Shown here: one piece after another, positions 18,043 through 26,193 of the stretch
Numbering within the stretch: the stretch's first letter is position 1
Layout: every line of letters starts with the position of its first letter
Assembly (NCBI GenBank): GCA_035702905.1
Contig: DASSZG010000051.1
Span: 1-38,659 of the forward strand
Length of the DNA stretch: 38,659 nucleotides
Direction: 5' to 3'
Source of the DNA: Candidatus Saccharimonadales bacterium
Lineage (GTDB): Bacteria; Patescibacteriota; Saccharimonadia; Saccharimonadales; UBA4665
The notes under the pieces: model-generated
Database searches by the model: none
The model's input: the letters and a program-made list of their open reading frames with translations, nothing else
Told to the model about the DNA's origin: nothing
Translations under genes and position numbers: made by a program

Positions 18043-18093
18043 ATAATTGAATCAGTAGATAAGTATAGCAACAGGGGTGCTCATTGTAAAGAA

Positions 18094-18546
18094 CTACATG
18101 CTATTCGTGCGATGTAAAAAGAAATTTACCCAAGAATCAAAGTTAGATTGTATGGAGGATCGCTTGACCGTAGCTTTCGGTGCTTGGTCAAGGGAAGGAA
18201 TATTAACAGTGTACGACCATGCTACTTGTGTTGGCACCAATAATTCTTTTTCGCCTGATACTCCTAGACCAAGGTTCTGCCGGGCGGCAATATCTAAGTA
18301 TTGATTGGTTTGGTAATACTGATTTTGTAACTTCTGGTTTTCATCCTGAAGTTGCTGAAGTTCATTTTGTTGTTTCAGTGCTGTGATTTGTTTCTGTAAA
18401 TCATAATTTGTTTGTATCGACTTAACGCCACTCCAGCTTATAAGTAAAACTACTACCACGAAAATAACCTGGCCGATAAAGCGAATGTCGCTAAAACGGC
18501 TTAGAAAATATTCTATTTTTTTCTGGTATTTTAGTTTTCCTATCAT
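18094..18546 (-). CDS. Septum formation initiator family protein (FtsB/DivIC-like)
   Basis: N-terminal TM segment, then a Q/L-rich coiled coil (LQKQITALKQQNELQQLQDENQKLQ) and YLDIAARQNLGL. Confidence 0.7.
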   Translation of the reverse strand: MIGKLKYQKKIEYFLSRFSDIRFIGQVIFVVVVLLISWSGVKSIQTNYDLQKQITALKQQNELQQLQDENQKLQNQYYQTNQYLDIAARQNLGLGVSGEKELLVPTQVAWSYTVNIPSLDQAPKATVKRSSIQSNFDSWVNFFLHRTNSM

Positions 18547-18585
18547 AAAAGCTTCTTCCTAATATTATATATCTTTGAGCTAATC

Positions 18586-18594
18586 TGGTATACT
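18586..18594 (+). promoter_or_regulatory. Extended -10 TGgTATACT upstream of the tRNA
   Basis: Matches the recurrent TGnTAnnnT pattern. It lies 35 nt before the tRNA 5' end. Confidence 0.3.
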
Positions 18595-18629
18595 CTCATC
18601 TGTTAGCTTATCGCTGAGATAAACTACAC

Positions 18630-18705
18630 GGGGGTGTAGCTCAGTGGTTAGAGCAGTCGGCTCATAACCGATTGGTCCCTGGTTCAAATCCAGGCACCCC
18701 CACCA
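18630..18705 (+). tRNA. tRNA with CAU anticodon, probably tRNA-Ile2 (TilS substrate)
   Basis: 76-nt cloverleaf: GGGGGUG/CACCCCC acceptor, D arm GCUC-AGUGGUUA-GAGC, loop CUCAUAA, variable loop UGGUC, T arm CCUGG-UUCAAAU-CCAGG, then ACCA. The D arm and variable loop are identical to E. coli ileX as I recall it. The Ile2 assignment itself is only moderately confident. Confidence 0.85.
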
Positions 18706-18711
18706 ATGTTC

Positions 18712-19098
18712 TTAAGCTTTATTTAAGCAATGCGCTTTTAACCATTTGCCGATATCCGGTATAGACATTTGTTGTATGGCAATTTTTATAGCTATTTTTT
18801 CGACTTCCCCGGGCATAGCTTTAAAATGATAACCGTTCTTATTTAAAAACATAATCGAGCAAGTAATACCCGTGCGCTTATTTCCATCATAGAAAGGATG
18901 ATCAATTATAAGGTTACGAGCATACACCGCAGCTTTATCAAAAATGTTTTTGTACTGTTCTTCTCCGAAGACGTGTTGAGCAGGAGCTACAGAAACTGAC
19001 TTAATACGACCGAGATCACGCGTGCCATGAGCTCCACCGTAACGCTCTATTAATTGGTGATGTATTAGTAGTATTTCTTCAGGATCTAGATATTTCAT
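18712..19098 (-). CDS. doc: Doc (death-on-curing) family Fic-fold toxin
   Basis: Doc-type motif HPFYDGNKRTG. 128 aa. The start ATG overlaps the antitoxin stop (TAATG). Confidence 0.9.
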   Translation of the reverse strand: MKYLDPEEILLIHHQLIERYGGAHGTRDLGRIKSVSVAPAQHVFGEEQYKNIFDKAAVYARNLIIDHPFYDGNKRTGITCSIMFLNKNGYHFKAMPGEVEKIAIKIAIQQMSIPDIGKWLKAHCLNKA

Positions 19099-19310
19099 TA
19101 TTTTCTAGATAGTTGTCGAAGGTCTTTATCGTAAGTATTCATGAAACTCTCTAAACTTTTTAGTAATTGCTCGTGTTTTGCCAAACGAGTGACCTTTTTT
19201 TGAACGGTAATATCTACTTCATCACCAGGAATAATATGAAGTTTAGCAATTTCATTCTTAGGAATAGTCACACCTAAAGAACTACCTATTTTTATAACTT
19301 TTTGGCTCAT
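19098..19310 (-). CDS. AbrB/MazE/SpoVT-type antitoxin
   Basis: 70 aa. VIKIGSSLGVTIPK swapped-hairpin motif. Translationally coupled to doc. AAAGGA SD. Confidence 0.8.
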   Translation of the reverse strand: MSQKVIKIGSSLGVTIPKNEIAKLHIIPGDEVDITVQKKVTRLAKHEQLLKSLESFMNTYDKDLRQLSRK

Positions 19311-19327
19311 TATACAGATCCTTTCTC

Positions 19328-19342
19328 TGTTATATTATAACA
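19328..19342 (-). promoter_or_regulatory. TA promoter (TGtTATAAT) embedded in a 7-1-7 perfect palindrome, a probable operator
   Basis: TGTTATA-T-TATAACA at 19328-19342. The minus-strand -10 TATAAT is the complement of 19334-19339. A 23-nt leader with AAAGGA follows. Confidence 0.5.
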
Positions 19343-19401
19343 AAGTTAGAATTACCTGTATATAGCTGTTTCAGGCGCCTTTATCTTATACTTCTAACAA
19401 C

Positions 19402-19559
19402 CTATAAGACATATACCTCCGCTTTTGATGATAGAGACTTTAGCCTTTCGAGTCCTTGCTGCGCATTATTCCAGCCATCAGCAATCTCGGCAAGAATATC
19501 TTCGAGCGGACGTGTTTCAAATAAGTTGATTCCATCACCACCATTTTGCTTATGTTCAT
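19402..19559 (-). pseudogene. Possible frameshifted small ORF or gene remnant upstream of the TA pair
   Basis: ATG at 19559 opens MNISK, then frame A runs 39 aa to a stop at 19440. The adjacent frame reads NGGDGINLFETRPLEDILAEIADGWNNAQQGLERLKSLSSKAEVYVL to a stop at 19402, but has no start codon. One extra A in the AAAA run would join MNISK to it. Confidence 0.2.
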
Positions 19560-19646
19560 TTAATCTTTATATTTTTAATGCAAATTACGCAAACTTGTAA
19601 AAAGTTTCATAGTGTGGCAGAATAAGCGTGAAATAATAGGATTACT

Positions 19647-20618
19647 ATGACAACCAATTACGAAACTGCACCAAGCCCTCGTCAATATGCTGAGCAAGTG
19701 CTGGAACAGTCTCAAAGAGTTCTGCAGGAAGCAGTAGCTATCGCCTTCCCGGAAACGCCTGACTTAGACCCTATTCAGGCTTTTCCAAGACCAACAGAAT
19801 TACGAGCCGAAAGCCCTGATCTTCAACAACTTACTGATGAAGGAAAGTCCAATCTATTAAGTAAAGCTAGCGAACTAGGTTTTGGTAGACCAGAAAATGT
19901 CACTCTTAGCGAGCAAGGTCTTATAGGAGCCACAGTTATCATAGAGGGTGGTCAGCCACATAAGATGTTAGCGGAAGCAAGAATGGTCGTTGATGATGTG
20001 GCCGCTCGACCAAAATCAATAATTATCAGCGCTAGTCCTCCCAGGGAATTAAAGAACGAAGCTGAAATTGCTAGCGCGCAGAGACTTTTCGGTAGGGTAG
20101 GTAGAACCGAATATGAAGTTGCGGGTGATGTAGCCCGTTCATTGCCAGGTTTTACTGAATACCCTGAACCTAAAGTTTTAAATGCGGCTTATGATATCAA
20201 TAACGACAATGCTGTCTCCCAAGAACCAACTGGTCAGTTTAAGGCAGTCGGTGAGATTAAAGGCATTCCTGTAGTACTTATGCAAATAAGCCGTAGAGAC
20301 CTAGAAGGCGGTAAGTATGACCGCCAGCCAGGTACCGCTGCAGTAATAGGTATAGTTGATGAAGTCATCAAAGCTAGCGGCGACGATACTTCTCCGCTAG
20401 TACACGTTACCAGTGGGACTTACCGACCATCTCGTACCCTAGGAGCGGCATTGGCTGGACTAAAGGCAAAGCGACTAGTCGGCATTGCTACCTATGGCAA
20501 TGACTTGCTAAACGAGATTAAAGGTGATAATGCGCCTGCACCCATTAGTCAATTGCCTGGTGAACTGCATGAAATGGCAGAACAGGCTATTAAGTTAAGT
20601 AAAGCACTAGAAGCTTAA
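19647..20618 (+). CDS. Hypothetical protein (orphan, 323 aa)
   Basis: Long ORF with AGGA before the ATG and no signal peptide. VIIEGGQ and HVTSGTYRPSR faintly resemble DUF218/YdcF motifs. Confidence 0.65.
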   Translation: MTTNYETAPSPRQYAEQVLEQSQRVLQEAVAIAFPETPDLDPIQAFPRPTELRAESPDLQQLTDEGKSNLLSKASELGFGRPENVTLSEQGLIGATVIIEGGQPHKMLAEARMVVDDVAARPKSIIISASPPRELKNEAEIASAQRLFGRVGRTEYEVAGDVARSLPGFTEYPEPKVLNAAYDINNDNAVSQEPTGQFKAVGEIKGIPVVLMQISRRDLEGGKYDRQPGTAAVIGIVDEVIKASGDDTSPLVHVTSGTYRPSRTLGAALAGLKAKRLVGIATYGNDLLNEIKGDNAPAPISQLPGELHEMAEQAIKLSKALEA

Positions 20619-20659
20619 AAATAAGTCAGTTTGCCTCCACTACTAAGATATATGCCTAT

Positions 20660-21286
20660 TTACTTACGAAGTTCGTAGGCAACACACTGCAGGTAGTAGG
20701 CTCGCTTTGTACTGTTATTAAGCCATGAAATAAATTTATTCCTGGCGCTCTCTGATCTTATATGACTTTCATCTTCGTGTTTTTTACGATCTCTAAAAAT
20801 ACTGTTTTCGGTTCGGCTTAACTCTTCACAGTGAGCGGCTAATTCCTTTTTTACCACATCCTCTGGGACTAAAGCCTGCACCTGGAATAGAAGGGTCATT
20901 GCTTCTTCTCTTAGATCCTTAAGTTGAGTGTCTTGGTCCGGCCTATCGGCTCTGCTGGCGGCCGCTCCGGCTATTATGTCCATTAGTCCGGTTGCAAGCT
21001 CAGCTTCCTCGGTTCCGTGAAATAAATAATCTCCATCTTTTAGCCCTTCAAAGTAATTATTGCCTATACCGACCGAGGCGGGTAATAGTCCCAGTGTGTC
21101 GAGAGTGGTAGTTGTCTCCATCATAAATGATAAACAGGCATGATGAACGGTTTCTCTAGGTATTAATCGGTGTACTGTGCCCAGCTCTTGGTCATCTGGC
21201 ATAGTGCCGGTATCAGCGAATTCATAGTCGTTTGCTTCAGGTAGTGGAAAAGATTCAAATGCAGGTTCTTGTGCAAATGTAACCAT
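20660..21286 (-). CDS. Hypothetical acidic protein (orphan, 208 aa)
   Basis: Long ORF with an ATG start. No motif recognised. Confidence 0.6.
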   Translation of the reverse strand: MVTFAQEPAFESFPLPEANDYEFADTGTMPDDQELGTVHRLIPRETVHHACLSFMMETTTTLDTLGLLPASVGIGNNYFEGLKDGDYLFHGTEEAELATGLMDIIAGAAASRADRPDQDTQLKDLREEAMTLLFQVQALVPEDVVKKELAAHCEELSRTENSIFRDRKKHEDESHIRSESARNKFISWLNNSTKRAYYLQCVAYELRK

Positions 21287-21476
21287 ATATGAGGATTCTG
21301 GCCTTATTAATCAGGTATTTATTTTGGAAAGCCTAATTACAATTATCTGCTTCTAATTTAAAAACGCAAGCATTATTTTTAGTCATTTTCTGTATTATTT
21401 ATTACTGCAAAAGCTTAACTTGGTTGACCTCGAGGTTTATACTATAAAGGACATTAGCCATTAAACAAATTACAAA

Positions 21477-22193
21477 ATGGAACTTCATACAACAGAAATA
21501 AACGGGACAATTAACACTGCGGAACTTGAGCTACAAGGTTTAGAGGAAATTATTGCGGCGCAGGCGGCAGTTCAAAATGTCCACGGGCAAGACCATCCTC
21601 TACTCAATCCCGAATCGGCACATATTAATCTTCGGACCCCCCTTATGTTAGGTATGCCGATTAAAAAACTTGTCATTAAAGAACCTGCATCTGTAGAAAC
21701 AATAGTTGGATCACTTCTGGAAGTGGCCGAGGATGAGACTGACATATTCACTAATACTGCACGCTACATGTTGTCTCAAGCAGGGATTGATGCTCCTCCA
21801 CTTAAACCCCGAGAAGATATACAGATTACTGATTCAGATACTGTTGAAACAACTCCATCCGATTCTTACCATGAGAACCCCGATCCTATAATTACAGACA
21901 GGTACGTTGAGCTTAAGACATATGAGGGACGCGTTACTGCACTTAGAGCTGTCGGTGACTTTGCTGAGGGCGAGACTAAAGAAGTTGCTACCCAAACCCT
22001 TTTAGCCGACATTGAAATTGTTAGCCCACACGCTATTGAACCAACAACTTATGAGTATCCTCTGTCGGAAGTTATTGTATCGTGCCTTGTGAAGGCGGCA
22101 GTTAGAGGCGAGACATTTTATGATGAAACTGCCATGTACATGATTAATAAAAGTCTACAGAATAATACCGCTGTATGGTCTCAGGCTGCTTAA
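21477..22193 (+). CDS. Hypothetical acidic protein with an internal approximately 30-aa repeat (orphan, 238 aa)
   Basis: Long ORF. SVETIVGSLLEVAEDETDIFTNTARYML (aa 72-100) is echoed by LSEVIVSCLVKAAVRGETFYDETAMYMI (aa 197-224). Confidence 0.6.
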   Translation: MELHTTEINGTINTAELELQGLEEIIAAQAAVQNVHGQDHPLLNPESAHINLRTPLMLGMPIKKLVIKEPASVETIVGSLLEVAEDETDIFTNTARYMLSQAGIDAPPLKPREDIQITDSDTVETTPSDSYHENPDPIITDRYVELKTYEGRVTALRAVGDFAEGETKEVATQTLLADIEIVSPHAIEPTTYEYPLSEVIVSCLVKAAVRGETFYDETAMYMINKSLQNNTAVWSQAA

Positions 22194-23153
22194 TAATTGT
22201 TCAGCCGATTTACTCGACATAAGTTCTTCGCGCATTTCTTTAGCTCCGTCAAAGCCGTTTATATATATCTTACAAAATTTATTGAGCGTATAAATTGGTC
22301 TTTCGTTATTCTGCCAGGTTTTAATAAACAGTTGCACATGCTTGGTATATAGGCCTATCTTCTGTTGTTTATTTAATCCTGGCCAGGGACTCTCTGGACT
22401 AAAAATATAAGGATCATGGAAGACTCCTCTGCCTATCATGATACCGTCAAGGTCATACTGTTCAGCAAGTTCCTGGCCCTGATTTCTACTTAATACATCA
22501 CCGTTGCCAACTATAAGAGTATCGACTGCCAAAATGTCTCTTATTTCTCTTACCTTCCCAATTTCCTCCCAATGGGCAGGCACTTTGCTCATTTCCTTGC
22601 GGGTGCGCCCGTGAATCGTTAGCATACTTAAATTTTGTTTTAGTAAGAACTCCGGCCAACTAAGGTCAATTTCGTTCCACCCTAAACGGGTTTTAACGCT
22701 CAGTGGTAGTCTACCGTTTAGTCCGGTTTGTGTAGCTTTAATAATCTCCTCGGCAAGTGGTCGATCGTTTATGAGAGCCGAGCAGGTGCCGGCATTAACC
22801 TCATTTTTTTGCGGACATCCCATATTAAGGTCAATGCCACTGAAGTTAATGCCGGGTGAGAAACCTAATTCTTCTGCAAACGTTCCTTCAGCGATCTGCT
22901 CGGCGGTCTTTCTAAAATTATCCGGGTTCTTGCCCCATAACTGAGCAATCAGGGGTTGGTCGGTAGACGTCATAAGCAGCTTTCGGATCAACTTGTGTCT
23001 ACCGGGACTTTGCAAACCGTCAACATTAACGAATTCAGTAAAAAATATGTCTGGCTTAGCGCAGTCAGCCACGATTTGCCTGAAGACAGTATCGGTTACG
23101 TCATCCATAGGCGCCAAAATGAAAAATGGCCTTGGTAAGTTACTAAATTGCAT
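22155..23153 (-). CDS. tRNA-dihydrouridine synthase (Dus family)
   Basis: ILAPMDDVTDTVFRQI N-terminus, DLNMGCP catalytic Cys loop, TIHGRT, and a TIM-barrel-sized length. Confidence 0.9.
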   Translation of the reverse strand: MQFSNLPRPFFILAPMDDVTDTVFRQIVADCAKPDIFFTEFVNVDGLQSPGRHKLIRKLLMTSTDQPLIAQLWGKNPDNFRKTAEQIAEGTFAEELGFSPGINFSGIDLNMGCPQKNEVNAGTCSALINDRPLAEEIIKATQTGLNGRLPLSVKTRLGWNEIDLSWPEFLLKQNLSMLTIHGRTRKEMSKVPAHWEEIGKVREIRDILAVDTLIVGNGDVLSRNQGQELAEQYDLDGIMIGRGVFHDPYIFSPESPWPGLNKQQKIGLYTKHVQLFIKTWQNNERPIYTLNKFCKIYINGFDGAKEMREELMSSKSAEQLLSSLRPYSGIIL

Positions 23154-23167
23154 TAGCTCTAATTATA

Positions 23168-24088
23168 TTACTCAAACTCTGTTTCGTGCATGCGGCTAGC
23201 AGGTATGTATTTTTTGTAAGCATTTCGAGCGGCATCAAGACGGTCATGGTTGGGCGAAAACTCATATAGCGCCGTAAACACGTCCCACCAATGTTGAATC
23301 AACTGCCTTAATAAGGTTTCCTCATACACACCGCTCCGCACAAATTCACTAAAATTATTGGCGTCCCAGAAATTCCGTTGAGCTTCAAGGTACAGTCTTG
23401 TGAATTTGCGGAGGCTGGCCGATTTAACAAAAGGCGTGTCGTCTTTATATCTATCATAGATGCCAATTTTATAGCTAGGGTCAACAACGGCCACATTCAT
23501 ACCAGACAGCATGCTTCGATGGGCTAAAATGTTCAATGCCCTGGTTAACAAGACCGCCCGGTCCTCAATATTAACGGCTTTAACTATCGGTCCTTCAGTT
23601 TCCTGTGTGCCTAATAATCTACGAATTCGTCCTTCAATATAGTCACGCTGATCATTGCGCTCTTGCTCTCTCTGCTTTGAGGCAAAGGCCGCCCGCCACT
23701 TACCATGTTCCACCGATAACCTTTCCTGATCTTCTGGATTAACGGTTATTACCCGGGACCTATCTATTTTAGCTTCGATACCAAGATATAAGGCGTGATG
23801 ATACATGGCCTGTCTCTTAATATTATTGATGCCATAGCGACTATAAGCTTTGGAACGGGCAGCTTCTAACTTAGTCTCATCGCCCGCATATGACGGTCCT
23901 GCTAATATGTTTTGCCGAGTATCGCTGCCTGGGGCCGTTAGACTAACAAACCTTTGCCGTTCGTCTTCTTCTTTAACTTCTTTTTCAAATAGATCTAGGC
24001 AAGCCAGTCCGTGCCCCAAACGAGCCGCCTCGGCTTGTCGTTCTTCAAGTTCTAAATCAGTTGTAAATTCAAGTTGTCTAAATTCCAT
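23168..24088 (-). CDS. Hypothetical charged protein (orphan, 306 aa), co-oriented between the ABC-2 permease and dus
   Basis: Long ORF, 22 nt after the permease stop and 14 nt before the dus start. No motif recognised. Confidence 0.65.
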   Translation of the reverse strand: MEFRQLEFTTDLELEERQAEAARLGHGLACLDLFEKEVKEEDERQRFVSLTAPGSDTRQNILAGPSYAGDETKLEAARSKAYSRYGINNIKRQAMYHHALYLGIEAKIDRSRVITVNPEDQERLSVEHGKWRAAFASKQREQERNDQRDYIEGRIRRLLGTQETEGPIVKAVNIEDRAVLLTRALNILAHRSMLSGMNVAVVDPSYKIGIYDRYKDDTPFVKSASLRKFTRLYLEAQRNFWDANNFSEFVRSGVYEETLLRQLIQHWWDVFTALYEFSPNHDRLDAARNAYKKYIPASRMHETEFE

Positions 24089-24110
24089 GGAGTGCTACGT
24101 CTTTTCTTGC

Positions 24111-25361
24111 CTATTCCCACTTGAAGACTCTAAAGGCAATGGCGTAGATGATAATAAACCAAACTGCCATTAAGCCAATCTGTGGACCTATGTCGACAAG
24201 GTTCTTTCCCTGAGTTGTAAGCTGCCGTAAACCGTCAATAACTGGCGTTAGTGGTAAGTAATTTGTTATCGTTTGTAGCCACTCGGGCATGACATACCTG
24301 GGAAAGAAAGTGCCGGATAAGAACAGCATTGGAAAAACTACAATGTTGCTCAGAGGGGCGGCTTGCCTTTCGTTCCTTGACCAGCCGCCAATCGCTAAGC
24401 CAAGACCAAGGATCATAAATATGCTAAAGAGGGTGAAGATGAAAATTTCAGGGTAATTACCGTCGACTTTTAGATTGAAAACTTCAATCGCCACAATAAA
24501 TTGGATAACAATAGAGATGAGGCCGGTTATGGATTGGCTTAACATTGTGGCAGTAAAATATTGCCAGACACGAAGGGGGGTTGTATGGAGGCGTCTTAAA
24601 ATACCCTGCTTCTTTAGTTCCGGGAAAACGTTAACCGGACCAAATATGCCAATACCGATAATCGAAAAGCCCAACAGTCCGGCAAAGGTGTAATCAAATG
24701 AGGTTAAGCCTTTAGTGTTAATTTCTTGACCGCTAACGGTAATCGGCTCTTTAATAGTAACGAATTTTGAGTTGATACTCTTAACCACGCCTTCTAATAC
24801 GGAAGTTAAGGTCTGACCCGTACCAGAAGTAGTTTGATCATATAAAACCTGTATTTGTCCGCTAGGGATGCCGTTAACTACCTTACCGAAGTCCGGAGGA
24901 AGTACAATAATGCCGTCAACCTGGCTTTGGCTGAGGCCATTTTTAGCAGCGGCAAGAGTTGTATCTTTCGCCTGCACCTTAAATGTCTTGCTAGTATTTA
25001 GCTCTTTATCTAGCTTCTTAGCATAGACCGTGTTGGACTGATTAATAACTGCTACCTTAAAAGATACATTCCCACCGTTTTTAGTTAAACTACCAAATAC
25101 AAACAGAAATATCAGGGGAAAGAGAATAGTAAAAAACTGGGCTAAGCGGTCTCTGAAAAAACGGGCAGTGCTTAATTTTGTGAATACCAGCACCGTTGAG
25201 AGCTGGGTTTTTAGAGAAGTATTATGCGTATCGGTGACGGCTATCTGTGAGCGGCCGGTCTGACCCGTCTGTTTCTTATTTGCCTGGAGTCTTGGCAAAA
25301 CTAGTCGCCTTAGGATAGCAAACACCAGAATAAGTATAAGAATTATTACGGTAGCACTCAT
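24111..25361 (-). CDS. ABC-2 type transporter permease
   Basis: 416 aa. N-terminal TM segment, a large extracytoplasmic loop, then five C-terminal TM segments, which is the typical ABC-2 layout. 4-nt overlap with the ATPase gene. Confidence 0.85.
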   Translation of the reverse strand: MSATVIILILILVFAILRRLVLPRLQANKKQTGQTGRSQIAVTDTHNTSLKTQLSTVLVFTKLSTARFFRDRLAQFFTILFPLIFLFVFGSLTKNGGNVSFKVAVINQSNTVYAKKLDKELNTSKTFKVQAKDTTLAAAKNGLSQSQVDGIIVLPPDFGKVVNGIPSGQIQVLYDQTTSGTGQTLTSVLEGVVKSINSKFVTIKEPITVSGQEINTKGLTSFDYTFAGLLGFSIIGIGIFGPVNVFPELKKQGILRRLHTTPLRVWQYFTATMLSQSITGLISIVIQFIVAIEVFNLKVDGNYPEIFIFTLFSIFMILGLGLAIGGWSRNERQAAPLSNIVVFPMLFLSGTFFPRYVMPEWLQTITNYLPLTPVIDGLRQLTTQGKNLVDIGPQIGLMAVWFIIIYAIAFRVFKWE

Positions 25362-26116
25362 TCTCTTAATCCTTTTCCGGTTAGGTCTATAAAGACATCC
25401 TCCAGATTGGCATCTTCGACAACTTCTTGTTTCTTGAAGCCACGCTTCAGCAGTTGCTTAATCAGGTTTGAAGGTGTATCCAGCTCTATTATTTTTCCAG
25501 CATCCATGATGGCCACTCTGTCACATAACTGCTCTGCTTCTTCCATGTAATGCGTCGTCATGATAACTGTCACTCCTTGGTCACGCACGTACTTAACTAG
25601 ATCCCAAAGATTACGCCGGGCTTGGGGGTCAAGACCGGTGGTCGGTTCATCAAGAAAGAACACTTTCGGGCTATGGACAAGCGCAGCAGCGATGCTTAAA
25701 CGCTGTTTTTGGCCACCGGAAAGCTGCTCCACATAGCTATTGGCATAATCGCCTAGTTGTACTTCTTCTAAGAATCCTTTGGGGTCAACTTTTTCCCCAT
25801 AAGCGGCGGCAAACATCTCAATGATTTCGATTAGCTTTTGTTTATCTTGAAAGGCCGGTGTTTGGGGTTGTACGCCAATAACATACTTAACTTGGTTGGG
25901 GTACTTGGCCACATCGATACCGTCAACGGTAATACTACCGCCATCAATCTCGCGCATAGTTTCGATCATCTCTAGAGTAGTGGTTTTACCGGCACCATTA
26001 GGTCCTAGGATGCCGAATATCTCACCTTTTTTTACTTCAAAAGAGATGCCCTTTACAGCAACCTTGTCGCCATAAACTTTTTTAAGGTTCTTAACCTTAA
26101 CTATTACTTCGCTCAT
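25358..26116 (-). CDS. ABC transporter ATP-binding protein
   Basis: Walker A GPNGAGKTT, signature LSGGQKQRL, Walker B FFLDEPT and an H-loop. Confidence 0.95.
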   Translation of the reverse strand: MSEVIVKVKNLKKVYGDKVAVKGISFEVKKGEIFGILGPNGAGKTTTLEMIETMREIDGGSITVDGIDVAKYPNQVKYVIGVQPQTPAFQDKQKLIEIIEMFAAAYGEKVDPKGFLEEVQLGDYANSYVEQLSGGQKQRLSIAAALVHSPKVFFLDEPTTGLDPQARRNLWDLVKYVRDQGVTVIMTTHYMEEAEQLCDRVAIMDAGKIIELDTPSNLIKQLLKRGFKKQEVVEDANLEDVFIDLTGKGLRE

Positions 26117-26123
26117 TATCTGT

Positions 26124-26132
26124 ACTATAACA
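26124..26132 (-). promoter_or_regulatory. Extended -10 TGtTATAGT, 7 nt before the ABC ATPase ATG (leaderless-type)
   Basis: Minus strand reads TGtTATAGT-acagata-ATG(26116), with no SD. Confidence 0.45.
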
Positions 26133-26169
26133 TAAAAATATCCGGTAGATTGTACTCAAACTACCGGAT
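26133..26169 (-). terminator. Intrinsic terminator after the 64-aa gene
   Basis: Perfect 9-bp stem AUCCGGUAG/CUACCGGAU (26140-26148 and 26161-26169) with a 12-nt loop, followed on the minus strand by AUUUUUAU. Confidence 0.65.
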
Positions 26170-26193
26170 AAATCTTAATTTTGTGTATTTAAA

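Noticed and set aside
22155-22193. Convergent or tandem gene overlaps as a special feature (1184-1187, 22155-22193, 29916-29919, 32033-32043, 34365-34390)
   Set aside because: They are consistent with general genome compaction across the window. There is no evidence of a specific regulatory role.
18630-24088. Integrated mobile element at the Ile2-like tRNA
   Set aside because: The region is rich in a TA module and orphan genes. However, there is no integrase, recombinase or transposase ORF, and I could find no direct repeat of the tRNA 3' end.
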